Program-made: the position numbers and the translations under genes
Shown here: positions 35,403-44,522 of the stretch, in pieces
How positions within the stretch are numbered: position 1 is the first letter of the stretch
How the letters are laid out: each line of letters opens with the position of its first letter
The notes under the pieces: generated by a model
Databases searched by the model: none
What the model was told of the DNA's origin: nothing
Seen by the model: the letters and a program-made list of their open reading frames with translations, nothing else
Origin: Microcoleus vaginatus WJT46-NPBG5
Lineage (GTDB): Bacteria > Cyanobacteriota > Cyanobacteriia > Cyanobacteriales > Oscillatoriaceae
Length of the DNA: 45,146 nt
Direction: 5' to 3'
NCBI GenBank assembly: GCA_019359355.1
Contig: JAHHHM010000015.1
Coordinates: 1 to 45,146 of the forward strand

Positions 35403-38147
35403 TTAAATAGTCCTCGCGGGAACGAGTGCCACCCGAAAACCGATGTTGTAGTGCCTGTTATCCGGCCCGTACGAGTCACGAGTCGCACTGCGGCAGTAGC
35501 TGGGGAAGTAGTTCCAAGAACCTCCACGCTGCAACCGGCGATTACTATCTCCGCCACTTTCCCAAGCACTGCCATCAGAAGTAGCACCGTTGTAGTTTTC
35601 ATGCCAGATATCTTGACACCACTCGCAAACATTGCCGTGCATATCGTACAGCCCAAAGGCATTGGGCGGGAAACTCCCGACATCAGTTGTCTGTTTTCGA
35701 TATTGACCCTTTGGCTCAGAAGCGTAGGTATAATTCCCATAATAGTTGGCTAAATCTGGGGTGATTGTCTCGCCAAAGTGAAAGGGTGTAGTGGTGCCGG
35801 CGCGACAGGCATATTCCCACTCTGCCTCACTGGGTAAGCGGTAGTTGCGCCCTGTTATTTGCGAGAGTTTCTGGCAAAATTTAACGGCATCATTCCAAGA
35901 TACATTTTCCACCGGCCTGTTATTTTCTTTAAATTCAGCGGGGTTATTCCCCATAAATTCAGCGGGGTTCTTCCCCATCAGCGTTTGCCACAGGGCATTG
36001 TTCCAAGATAGATTTTCCACCGGCCTGTTATTTCCTTTAAATTCAGCGGGGTTATTCCCCATCACCGCTTGCCACTGTGCCTGGGTGATGGGATATTTGC
36101 CCAGGAAAAATGGCTGTACTGTTACCCGATGCTGGGGACTTTCACCGCTATCTCGTTCTTTTTCCGTGTCTGGGGAACCCATGAGAAATGTGCCGCCCTT
36201 AATTGACACCATTTCCAAACTGACATTGTTGCCGAGTTTTTCTGCAAAAACGTCCGCTTGTCCTTGCTGTCGGCTAACAATTTCACCTCTAGCATCGACG
36301 GTAACAGTTGTGAATTGAAAAGAGGAAGTTGGAAGAACCGGCGCTGCGACTACTGTACTCGGTTGAGATAGCACGGAAGGAGTGGGAAGAACCGGCGCTG
36401 AGATCGCTGCGGGAACGAGTGCCACCCGAAAACCGATGTAGACGTCCCTGCGGCCCGGCACGTCGAAGTTACGACTCGCACTGCGGCAGCTCCTGGAGTT
36501 GAAGTACCAACAACCTCCACGCAGCATCCGGCGATTGCTATCTCCTCCACTTTCCCAAGCACTGCTATTAGAAGGCGCACCGTTGTAATTCTCATGGTAG
36601 ACATCTTGACACCACTCGTAAACATTGCCATGCATATCGTACAGTCCGAAGGCGTTGGGGGGGAAACTCCCGACATCGGTTGTTTGTTGTCGCCAAACAC
36701 CTTTTGATGCTGAGGCATAGGTGTAGTTGCCATCATAGTTAACTAAATCAGGCGTGATTGTCTCGCCAAAGTAAAACGGGGTGGTGGTGCCGGCGCGACA
36801 GGCATATTCCCACTCTGGCTCGCTGGGTAAGCGGTAGCAGCGTCCCATTTTTAGTGAGAGTTTCTGACAAAATGCAACGGCATCATCCCAAGATACCTTT
36901 TCCACCGGCCTGTTATTTCCTTTAAAATTAGCCGGGTTATTGCCCATCACGGCTTGCCACTGTGCTTGAGTAATGGGATATTTGCATAGGAAAAACGGCT
37001 GTACCTTTACCCAATGCTGCGGGCTTTCATGGCTATATCGCTTTTCTTCCATGTCTGGGGAACCCATGAGAAATGTGCCGCCCTTAATTGCCACCATTTC
37101 CAAACTGACATTGTTGCCGAGTTTTTCTGTAAAAACGTCTGCTTGTCCTTGCTGACTGCTAACAATTTTTCCTCTGATATCAACGGTAACAGTTGTGAAT
37201 TGAAAGGGATAAGTTGGAAGAACCGGCGCTGCGATTACTGTAGTCTGTTGAGATGGCACGGAAGGAGTGGGAAGAACCGGCGCTGCGATCACTGTACTTG
37301 TTTGAGATGGAGCTATTGGCAACGTAGATGCTGGCAGGGAATTCAGTGCTTGCAAAGCTTCTGTCGCATTCGCATAGCGCCCAGTGAAGTGATCTCGCAC
37401 CATTTTGCTTAAAATCTCTGCTAACCCATCGCTCACAGAAGCGTGATTTTTCCAAATCACTTCACCGTCATTATCTTCTTCGAGTAAATCAGGCTCGATG
37501 CCAGTCAAAGCAAAAATTACTGTCCTCCCCAGTGCATAAATGTCACTGCTTGGTTTTGGCTTGCCCATTGCCTGTTCGCTGGGCATAAAACCAAGCGTTC
37601 CAATAGAAACCGTGCAGCTAGTTTTTCCTGATAAAATTGTCTTCTGGATGCCAATCTCCTTAACTGCCCCAAAATCAATGAGCATCAACTTGCCATCTTT
37701 TCGTCGCATGATATTATGGGGCTTAATATCTCGATGGATGATATTGTTCTGGTGAACATAGGCCAGAATTTCTAAAACATCCTGCAACAATTTAATCGCA
37801 TAAGTTTCACTTAACTTTTTGCCCGGACTCAATTCTTTGCTTAAGTCATGCCCTTCGATAAATTCCTGAATGAGATAAAATTCTTGATTTTCTTCAAAAT
37901 AAGCAAACAACTTGGGAATGCGATCATGGTTTTGCGCCAGTTTATATAAAATTTCTGCTTCTTTTTGAAATAAACGCTGGATATCAGGTTCGATAGTTTG
38001 GGGGTGAAGCCGCTTTACAACACATTTAGGCTTCGGGGTGGCGGGAATATCTAAATCATTTGCCAAATAGGTTTCCCCAAACCCGCCGCTTCCCAGCAGT
38101 TTGACGATTTCGTAGCGATTCCGTAGTATGGTGCCGGCAACGAGCAT
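35403..38147 (-). CDS. Ser/Thr protein kinase fused to two tandem FGE-sulfatase (formylglycine-generating-enzyme / SUMF1-like) domains.
   Basis: Kinase motifs GSGGFGETY, VKRL, HRDIKPHNIM and DFG are present. There are two copies of the FGE pattern (MV.IKGGTFLMGSP...RVTVQPFFLGKYPITQAQWQAVMG...WEYACRAGTTTPF..G...NV.EW). A GGAG RBS precedes the ATG at 38147, and an alternative ATG lies at 38198. Confidence 0.85.
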   Translation of the reverse strand: MLVAGTILRNRYEIVKLLGSGGFGETYLANDLDIPATPKPKCVVKRLHPQTIEPDIQRLFQKEAEILYKLAQNHDRIPKLFAYFEENQEFYLIQEFIEGHDLSKELSPGKKLSETYAIKLLQDVLEILAYVHQNNIIHRDIKPHNIMRRKDGKLMLIDFGAVKEIGIQKTILSGKTSCTVSIGTLGFMPSEQAMGKPKPSSDIYALGRTVIFALTGIEPDLLEEDNDGEVIWKNHASVSDGLAEILSKMVRDHFTGRYANATEALQALNSLPASTLPIAPSQTSTVIAAPVLPTPSVPSQQTTVIAAPVLPTYPFQFTTVTVDIRGKIVSSQQGQADVFTEKLGNNVSLEMVAIKGGTFLMGSPDMEEKRYSHESPQHWVKVQPFFLCKYPITQAQWQAVMGNNPANFKGNNRPVEKVSWDDAVAFCQKLSLKMGRCYRLPSEPEWEYACRAGTTTPFYFGETITPDLVNYDGNYTYASASKGVWRQQTTDVGSFPPNAFGLYDMHGNVYEWCQDVYHENYNGAPSNSSAWESGGDSNRRMLRGGCWYFNSRSCRSASRNFDVPGRRDVYIGFRVALVPAAISAPVLPTPSVLSQPSTVVAAPVLPTSSFQFTTVTVDARGEIVSRQQGQADVFAEKLGNNVSLEMVSIKGGTFLMGSPDTEKERDSGESPQHRVTVQPFFLGKYPITQAQWQAVMGNNPAEFKGNNRPVENLSWNNALWQTLMGKNPAEFMGNNPAEFKENNRPVENVSWNDAVKFCQKLSQITGRNYRLPSEAEWEYACRAGTTTPFHFGETITPDLANYYGNYTYASEPKGQYRKQTTDVGSFPPNAFGLYDMHGNVCEWCQDIWHENYNGATSDGSAWESGGDSNRRLQRGGSWNYFPSYCRSATRDSYGPDNRHYNIGFRVALVPARTI

Positions 38148-38275
38148 AGTCTGGACTCCGGGCAGTGGCAATTTAATTGATTTTCGCATAATTGCCATTG
38201 CTCCAGCACCGTACTCGTATCAGCTATCTTGCTACTCTTAACAAATCTTATTAAAAAATAAGACCCTGTTTAAAA

Positions 38276-39913
38276 TTACTTCAACCGGCCCGATCTCAAA
38301 ATGCTGACAATTAACCACAATCCCAGAAAACTCGCTGCATAAAACAGGGCGCTGCTAACAACACTTTGGCCGTTAGAAAAGACAATGGCTGCCCCGATAA
38401 TCAGCGATCCAACCACAATGCTAAACGAGAGCCGGTTGGCTGAATCATCCATCGTGCGGCGAACCCCGTCGAGTTCTTTTACCGTTAAATTCCACCGCAA
38501 CGTTTCAGAAGTAACTCGCTCTAGCAATAACTCAACTTGACGCGGAGATTGCAAAGAAAGACTTTTTATGTCGAGTGCAGTTCTCAAGACGGCTTGCAGT
38601 GGATCGTCGCCAAAAAGCTGCCGGCGAAACAAGTCTGTAATTAAGGGTTTAACTTCATCGAGTAAATTAACGTCTGGGTCAAATTGACGGGCAACTCCCT
38701 CCAAATTTGCCAGTGCTTTCGCATACAATCCCAAGCTACCAGGTAAGCGAACTTTATTTTCACGAGAGACTTGCAGCACTTCGTAAAATACTTGAGAAAA
38801 GTTTATTTGCGAGAGGCTGATATTGTAATATTTCCGCAGCATTCGCGCAAAGTCGTTTTCCAAGTTTGACAGCTTATCCGGAACGGCAGAATCCGACAAT
38901 TGCATCGTTAACTGAGCGCATCGGGCTGCATCTAAGTCAACAATTGCTAACAGCATCTCTGTCAAAACTTGCTGAGTGCGCGGGTCAAGCCGGCCCATCA
39001 TCCCAAAATCTAACAAAGCGAGCCGGCCATCTCTGAGATAAAACAAATTGCCGGGATGGGGGTCGGCGTGAAAGAATCCATCAATATATATTTGCTGAAA
39101 GAAAGCCCGGAATAATAGGGTGGTCACAGCTTTACGCTTAGCCCTAACATCCCCATTATTAGAAGAGGCGTTTAAATCAGCTAATAGTAACGGCACCCCA
39201 TCTAGCCACTCTAAAACCAGTAACTTTTCACTGGTTAATTCCCAAATAATTTCAGGAATCATCAAGTGCGTCGGGTCAAACCAACGACTGGTTGACAAAT
39301 TGCGCCGCAACTGATTTGTGTAGCTGGCTTCTTGGGTAAAATCGAGTTCTGCCTGAAGCGCGGTGGCAAATTCGTCGGCTAAGGCAACAACATCGTAATC
39401 TTTGCCAAACTCTGTGAGGGCAACTATGTCTGCCAACGCCCGGATCAGAGAGATATCTTGGGCAACAACAACATCAATGCCGGGACGCTGCACTTTTAAA
39501 GCAATTTGCCGGCCATCTCTTAAGGTGGCTTTATGAGTTTGGGCAATTGAGCCGGCAGCCACTGCACGCGGTTCTAGGGTGGCAAAAACTTCTTCTAACG
39601 GCTGTTGCAATTGTTGCCGGATCACCACTTCCACTTCTGACCAAGGAACCGGCGGCACATTGGCTTGCAGATCAGTGAGGGCTTCAATGTATTGTGCCGG
39701 CAACAGATCCGGGCGCGTGCTCAGAAGTTGCCCCAGCTTGACATAAACCGGACCCAACTCCACTAAGATTTTACGCAGGACAGCCGGTGTGGGCAGTTTG
39801 GGTTCATCGGATTTGCCGCCGGTGAGCAGCACTCGCATATAGTCCCAGCCGTTGCGTAGAACTACTTCGATGATTTCTCCCTGGCGGCCACTGGTTCTGG
39901 TTAAAGAAAACAT
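38276..39913 (-). CDS. ABC1/UbiB-family atypical kinase (AarF domain).
   Basis: [22 protein letters not shown], an A-rich loop, and [11 protein letters not shown] (catalytic) are present. There is a C-terminal TM. The conservative start is the ATG at 39913. The ORF stays open in frame upstream through the heptamer repeat to 39982. Confidence 0.85.
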   Translation of the reverse strand: MFSLTRTSGRQGEIIEVVLRNGWDYMRVLLTGGKSDEPKLPTPAVLRKILVELGPVYVKLGQLLSTRPDLLPAQYIEALTDLQANVPPVPWSEVEVVIRQQLQQPLEEVFATLEPRAVAAGSIAQTHKATLRDGRQIALKVQRPGIDVVVAQDISLIRALADIVALTEFGKDYDVVALADEFATALQAELDFTQEASYTNQLRRNLSTSRWFDPTHLMIPEIIWELTSEKLLVLEWLDGVPLLLADLNASSNNGDVRAKRKAVTTLLFRAFFQQIYIDGFFHADPHPGNLFYLRDGRLALLDFGMMGRLDPRTQQVLTEMLLAIVDLDAARCAQLTMQLSDSAVPDKLSNLENDFARMLRKYYNISLSQINFSQVFYEVLQVSRENKVRLPGSLGLYAKALANLEGVARQFDPDVNLLDEVKPLITDLFRRQLFGDDPLQAVLRTALDIKSLSLQSPRQVELLLERVTSETLRWNLTVKELDGVRRTMDDSANRLSFSIVVGSLIIGAAIVFSNGQSVVSSALFYAASFLGLWLIVSILRSGRLK

Positions 39914-39916
39914 GGT

Positions 39917-39986
39917 GATTGGGAATTGGGAATTGGGAATTGGGCATCGGGCATGGGGCATTGGGCATTGGGGATTGGGCATGGGG
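39917..39986. repeat. Ten tandem heptanucleotide units on the plus strand (GATTGGG, AATTGGG x3, CATCGGG, CATGGGG, CATTGGG x2, GATTGGG, CATGGGG). On the coding minus strand they read CCCAATN. This is an STRR1-like short tandemly repeated sequence.
   Basis: Counted unit by unit from the sequence. The repeat abuts the ABC1 kinase start and is in frame with an upstream ATG at 39982. Confidence 0.85.
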
Positions 39987-40071
39987 GAAGCGGTGTTTTA
40001 TTTCTGTGGAGGAATACCACAAGCTATCCCCAAACCGTAAGCCCGATGACCCAATGACTCCAGACTTATTC

Positions 40072-41133
40072 TTACAGTAGATTCTCGAATTTGGCGTCTG
40101 CCTGTAGGCGTTTGATTACTTGCTTGATTTCTTGGGTGCGGTCTTTTTTGACGATTAAAGTAACGTTGCCATCGCGCACAACGACGACATCCTCTAAACC
40201 GATGGTGACAATTACCTCTTCTGAGTCTGCGGCGTAGAGAATCGCGCCGGTGGTATCTAGCCCAACATGGGTGGCTAATTCAACATTAACCGCGTCTCCT
40301 TTGAGCAGGCGTTCAATGGCATTCCAGTCGCCGAGATCGTCCCAGCCAAAAGAGGCCGGCAGCACGTAGGCAAGCTGGGTTTTTTCCATCAAGGCGTAGT
40401 CAATACTTATCTTTTCTAGTTGGGGATAAGCTTGACTGCCTTGTGCTTCTAACTGCTGCATGAGGTGGGGCGCGTGGGTGCGGAGTTCCGCCAGGACAAC
40501 ACCGGCACGGAAAATAAACATTCCGCTATTCCAGCTAAAATGCCCCGTTGACAAAAACTTTTCCGCAGTCTGCCGGTCAGGTTTTTCGGTAAACCGGCTC
40601 ACCCGATAAACCGGCAATTCTTCAAAGGTGCCGGCACTTTCGCCTTGCTCAATGTAGCCGTAGCCGATAGACGGCTGGTCGGGTTTGATGCCGAGGGTGA
40701 CGATCGATGCTTCAGTAGCCGCTAGTTGGCTAGCAGCGCTAATCGTTTGCCCAAATGCCACTTCATCCCCGATCCAGTGATCTGCTGGGAAAAAGCCAAT
40801 AACGGTTTCATCCCCGTAGCGGCGCTGAATTTCTAAGGTGGCCCACGCGACTGCCGGCGCGGTGTCCCGTCCTTCTGGCTCGATCAGTAAGTTTTCTTCC
40901 GGCAACTGGGGAAGCTGTTCACGCAAGCCTTGCGCCAGCTGAGCCGAGGTGACAATCCACAACCCATCCCAACCGCCGGCCAGTGGCAGCAGGCGGTCTG
41001 CGGTTGCTTGCAGGAGACTTTTGCCACTGCCGTCGAGACTTAAAAATTGTTTAGGCCGGTGCCGCCGGCTCAGTGGCCAGAAGCGTTCACCTTTGCCGCC
41101 GGCAAGGATAACAGGGATTAAGGAGCGATTCAT
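40072..41133 (-). CDS. Mannose-1-phosphate guanylyltransferase (nucleotidyltransferase only, no PMI domain).
   Basis: N-terminus MNRSLIPVILAGGKGERFWPLSR..PKQF. Length and left-handed beta-helix tail are consistent with the call. First ATG is at 41133, since the ORF-track start is TTG. Confidence 0.8.
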   Translation of the reverse strand: MNRSLIPVILAGGKGERFWPLSRRHRPKQFLSLDGSGKSLLQATADRLLPLAGGWDGLWIVTSAQLAQGLREQLPQLPEENLLIEPEGRDTAPAVAWATLEIQRRYGDETVIGFFPADHWIGDEVAFGQTISAASQLAATEASIVTLGIKPDQPSIGYGYIEQGESAGTFEELPVYRVSRFTEKPDRQTAEKFLSTGHFSWNSGMFIFRAGVVLAELRTHAPHLMQQLEAQGSQAYPQLEKISIDYALMEKTQLAYVLPASFGWDDLGDWNAIERLLKGDAVNVELATHVGLDTTGAILYAADSEEVIVTIGLEDVVVVRDGNVTLIVKKDRTQEIKQVIKRLQADAKFENLL

Positions 41134-41594
41134 GGTTGGCTTTAGGTCGTTGCGAAGCTCAATCTTTCTTCGCCTTATACTACAAGGTTTTTCCGGTTTC
41201 TGCGTCTGTGGAGTCAAGATCAACCGATGATTGTAGAGCTGCCGGTGATAAATCTCTCATTGGGAGGATACGACCCAGAGGTTCTGCCCCGTAAATGTAG
41301 ATTGGGTAATGGGTCAGCAACGCGCTCTTATCCGCTTGATTCGGGTTAAATTTTCACGGTATGCCTAAAGCTCGAAAACAGTCTGGGTGCGGATTTTATC
41401 GGGTTTAAGTCTAGCCTGTCAACGAGAAAATATTCAGTAAAGACTGTTTTAACGGTGGCCGGCGAAACCACACTCTAAAATTTAAAATCTACAATCGCTA
41501 CGGCGCTGTGTATTAAAAAACCCAGGCTATAATCAGTCGCGTTGATTTTAATTTAACCGTACGCGCAGGCTGTGGTTTTGCGAGTGAGGTCAAG

Positions 41595-43043
41595 GTGGTA
41601 GAAGGAGTGGAGCCGTTTAAAGAGGGTGCAGACTCTCAACAATCGGAGGTTGTGGAAAAACCACAGAAGTCTGCAAGCGCCGGCAAACGAATGCCGGTGT
41701 TGAAATTCACGGGGATCGCAAGCCGGTCTATGTTGTGGGGTTTCGGATTAATTCTGACGGCAACGATGTCGGCCACGCTAGGGGCAACACTAGCACTGAT
41801 GACGCCTCTATCGCTCCCGTTTGGCCCTAAAGAGCCACCAGGGCGATCGCTTCAGGATGTGTGGCAAGAAACCTTTAATTACCGGCTGACACGACCCGTC
41901 AATATTTTAATTTTGGGGATCGACCGCGTTCCCAAGGCACGGGAAAACTCTCCAGAAATTTTTGCCGGTCGCAGTGATACGATGCTGCTCCTGCGGGTCA
42001 ATCCGAAGGAAAACACAGTGAATATGCTGTCAATTCCTAGGGATACTCAGGTGGAAATTCCGGGATTTGGCACGCAGAAAATTAATGAGGCAAATGTAAA
42101 GGGAGGCGCAGCTTTAGCCGCCCGAATGGTGAATCGCAACCTCAACGGCGTGCCCATTGATCGCTATGTGCGCGTCAGCACCGGCGCTTTTCGAGAGTTA
42201 GTCGATCTTCTCGGTGGCGTTGAGGTGTTTGTGCCGCAACCGATGTCTTATGTCGATGAAACCCAAAAACTCAAGATTGATTTAGCCGAAGGTTGGCAAA
42301 CCCTTGATGGAGAACAGGCAGAACAGTTTGCCCGGTTCCGCAATGAAAATAAAGGTGATATCGGTCGGGTACAGCGGCAGCAGGGTTTACTGAAAGCATT
42401 GCGAAACCGGCTTTCCAGTTCAACAGTTCTGCCTCGGTTGCCTCAAATTATCCGGGTGATGCAAAAGTATATTGATACAAATCTCAGCCTAGAAGAAATG
42501 CTAGCGCTGATGAATTTTAGTCTTCAAATGCAACCCGATGATTTAAAAATGGTGATGTTACCCGGTCGTTTTAGCGATCCACAAGAGTATGAGGCTAGTT
42601 ATTGGATTCTGGATACTGAAGGGCGGGATCGGGTCATGCGCGATTATTTTGCGATCGCATCTAAGCCGAAGGTGCCGGGAGAAGGTGAGGCAGATTTGCC
42701 TAAAACCGATAACTTTGCGGAACGCCAATCACGTAGTCCTCTAAAAATTGCGATTCAAAATGCCTCTGATTCGCCTGAAATTGCAATGTTTGCGGTTAAC
42801 TATCTCCAAGACCACGGCTTTGATAATGTGTATCTTGTACAAGATTGGCCCGACCGGCTGATCAAGACGCAGATTATTGTTCAAAAAGGTGATTTACAAG
42901 GAGCAGTACAGCTTCAAAAAGTGTTAGGGTTTGGCAATATTGAATCGGATTCCACAGGCGAGCTAGAATCTGATTTAACGATTCGGGTGGGTCAAGATTG
43001 GGTTAAGTTTTACCTCAAATCTGCTGCTTCTCCTCCCCGTTAA
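41595..43043 (+). CDS. LCP-family (LytR-CpsA-Psr) cell-envelope glycopolymer transferase with an N-terminal TM and a C-terminal LytR_C-like region.
   Basis: ILILGIDR...RSDTMLLLRVNPKENTVNMLSIPRDT...IN.A is the LCP catalytic-region signature. GTG start with a GAGGT RBS. Confidence 0.8.
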   Translation: MVEGVEPFKEGADSQQSEVVEKPQKSASAGKRMPVLKFTGIASRSMLWGFGLILTATMSATLGATLALMTPLSLPFGPKEPPGRSLQDVWQETFNYRLTRPVNILILGIDRVPKARENSPEIFAGRSDTMLLLRVNPKENTVNMLSIPRDTQVEIPGFGTQKINEANVKGGAALAARMVNRNLNGVPIDRYVRVSTGAFRELVDLLGGVEVFVPQPMSYVDETQKLKIDLAEGWQTLDGEQAEQFARFRNENKGDIGRVQRQQGLLKALRNRLSSSTVLPRLPQIIRVMQKYIDTNLSLEEMLALMNFSLQMQPDDLKMVMLPGRFSDPQEYEASYWILDTEGRDRVMRDYFAIASKPKVPGEGEADLPKTDNFAERQSRSPLKIAIQNASDSPEIAMFAVNYLQDHGFDNVYLVQDWPDRLIKTQIIVQKGDLQGAVQLQKVLGFGNIESDSTGELESDLTIRVGQDWVKFYLKSAASPPR

Positions 43044-43048
43044 TTAGA

Positions 43049-44341
43049 CTAGCTTTTGCTTCTGGTTCTCGGTTCTATAACCTGTGGATCTACACCGTAA
43101 CGCTTAGCGGCTTGAGACATATTGAGTTGGAGTAACTTTTCTTCTCCCATCTGCCAAATTTCTGCCGGCTTCTCTAGCGATACACCTAAAACACGGATAA
43201 TCTCTAATGCTACAGCTTTTGCTAATAAAGGTGGCACCGAGTTGCCCACTTGCCGGCATCCGTGCCACTTTGTCACATGGAATCTAAACCAATCGGGGTA
43301 TGAGTGCAACCGCGCTGCCTCCCGTACCGTAATACATCGCGGCGTGAATGGATGAATCGGACGAGGAGAAGTGAAAGCACCGCGATTGCTTGCTGTGCCG
43401 GCTCTCAGCGTGTTGCAAATGCCTTGCGGATCAAGCTTATGGAAGCGACTGATCGGCTCTATTTTACCGGCAACGGTGCCGGCGAATCTTTTGATGGATT
43501 CCAGACTATGTTGTGTACCCAAACTAGAAGTCAAGAGTTGCGAATTGAATTGCCGCCGGTATGAATAATCATCCTCAACAGGATAAAGATTACGAAGTTG
43601 ACCGCTATATTGACTCGGCTTTCCATACTCTGCGATTACCCAATCTTTACTTAGCAATTCTGGGTAATTTTCAACTTCCGGTAAGTCTCCTATCGCATCC
43701 CATACCGTCGGTGTAGATGGACACATAGATAATTTGCTAGAATTCTTCCCGCTTAATGTTAGGGGATAAGTAATTGCTTCAGGATATTTCGGTAAGGTCA
43801 AACCTTTTCTGCATCCCAGGAGAAACAATCTTTCTCGATTTTGTGGTACGCCATAATGAGCGGCATTAAGAACTTTATAATCTTCTTCTACTTCATAGCC
43901 ATTTAATCGAAATTCCCCAATAATTTCCTCCAAGAATTTCTGATGCTTTCCCAGAGTTAGACCTCGGACGTTTTCCATCACAAAATATTTCGGTTTAAGC
44001 TCTAAAACCAGCCGCAAAAAGTGAAAAACAAGAGAATTGCGAGGATCATCAAGTGCCCTTTTGCCAATTAGAGAAAATCCTTGACAGGGAGAACCACCAA
44101 ATACCACATCTATTTCACGCTCTCCAATTGCAGATAAATTTCTGATTGCGTCTGCAGTTATATGGGCAATACTTTGGCACAAAACTGAGCAAAACGGGAA
44201 GTTGAATTCCTGAGTCGCGCAATGAATGGGATCAAGTTCCACCGCAGCTAGTACATCAAATCCTGCTTGTTCAAATCCCAAGGTCATGCCGCCCGCGCCG
44301 GCAAACAAATCAACACCAATTGGACGGGGTGTTCCGTTCAT
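43049..44341 (-). CDS. dcm: DNA (cytosine-5)-methyltransferase.
   Basis: Motif I FAGAGG, motif IV GGSPCQGFS, motif VI ENV, motif VIII QNRER and motif X GNSVPPLLAKAV are present, with a variable TRD between them. Confidence 0.85.
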   Translation of the reverse strand: MNGTPRPIGVDLFAGAGGMTLGFEQAGFDVLAAVELDPIHCATQEFNFPFCSVLCQSIAHITADAIRNLSAIGEREIDVVFGGSPCQGFSLIGKRALDDPRNSLVFHFLRLVLELKPKYFVMENVRGLTLGKHQKFLEEIIGEFRLNGYEVEEDYKVLNAAHYGVPQNRERLFLLGCRKGLTLPKYPEAITYPLTLSGKNSSKLSMCPSTPTVWDAIGDLPEVENYPELLSKDWVIAEYGKPSQYSGQLRNLYPVEDDYSYRRQFNSQLLTSSLGTQHSLESIKRFAGTVAGKIEPISRFHKLDPQGICNTLRAGTASNRGAFTSPRPIHPFTPRCITVREAARLHSYPDWFRFHVTKWHGCRQVGNSVPPLLAKAVALEIIRVLGVSLEKPAEIWQMGEEKLLQLNMSQAAKRYGVDPQVIEPRTRSKS

Positions 44342-44522
44342 AACAAGCTTTTTAAATTATTGCAATTAGCTAAGATAAAAAATGAATGACTTTATCAAAT
44401 GTCTTACATTAGTTTATTTTAGCGGAATAGATATCCAAAAAATTTTAGATTTTTGAACAATTTTTTTACTACTTGCCTGTCTAAACCTACCTATTTAATG
44501 ATTTTAACAGAGTCATCTCTAC

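Noticed and set aside
35369-37412. Several 100-160-aa ORFs (35369-35740 -, 35451-35753 +, 35845-36318 +, 36350-36736 -, 37014-37412 +) inside the kinase-FGE gene.
   Set aside because: They are alternate-frame artefacts created by the duplicated, compositionally biased FGE-domain DNA. They have no independent start context and overlap a strongly supported 900-aa gene.
39804-40040. A 72-aa minus-strand ORF and a 62-aa plus-strand ORF running through the heptamer repeat.
   Set aside because: They are composed of repeat-encoded Pro/Met/Asn or Gly/Trp/Leu strings. This is better explained as an STRR-like repeat in the 5' region of the ABC1 kinase than as independent genes.
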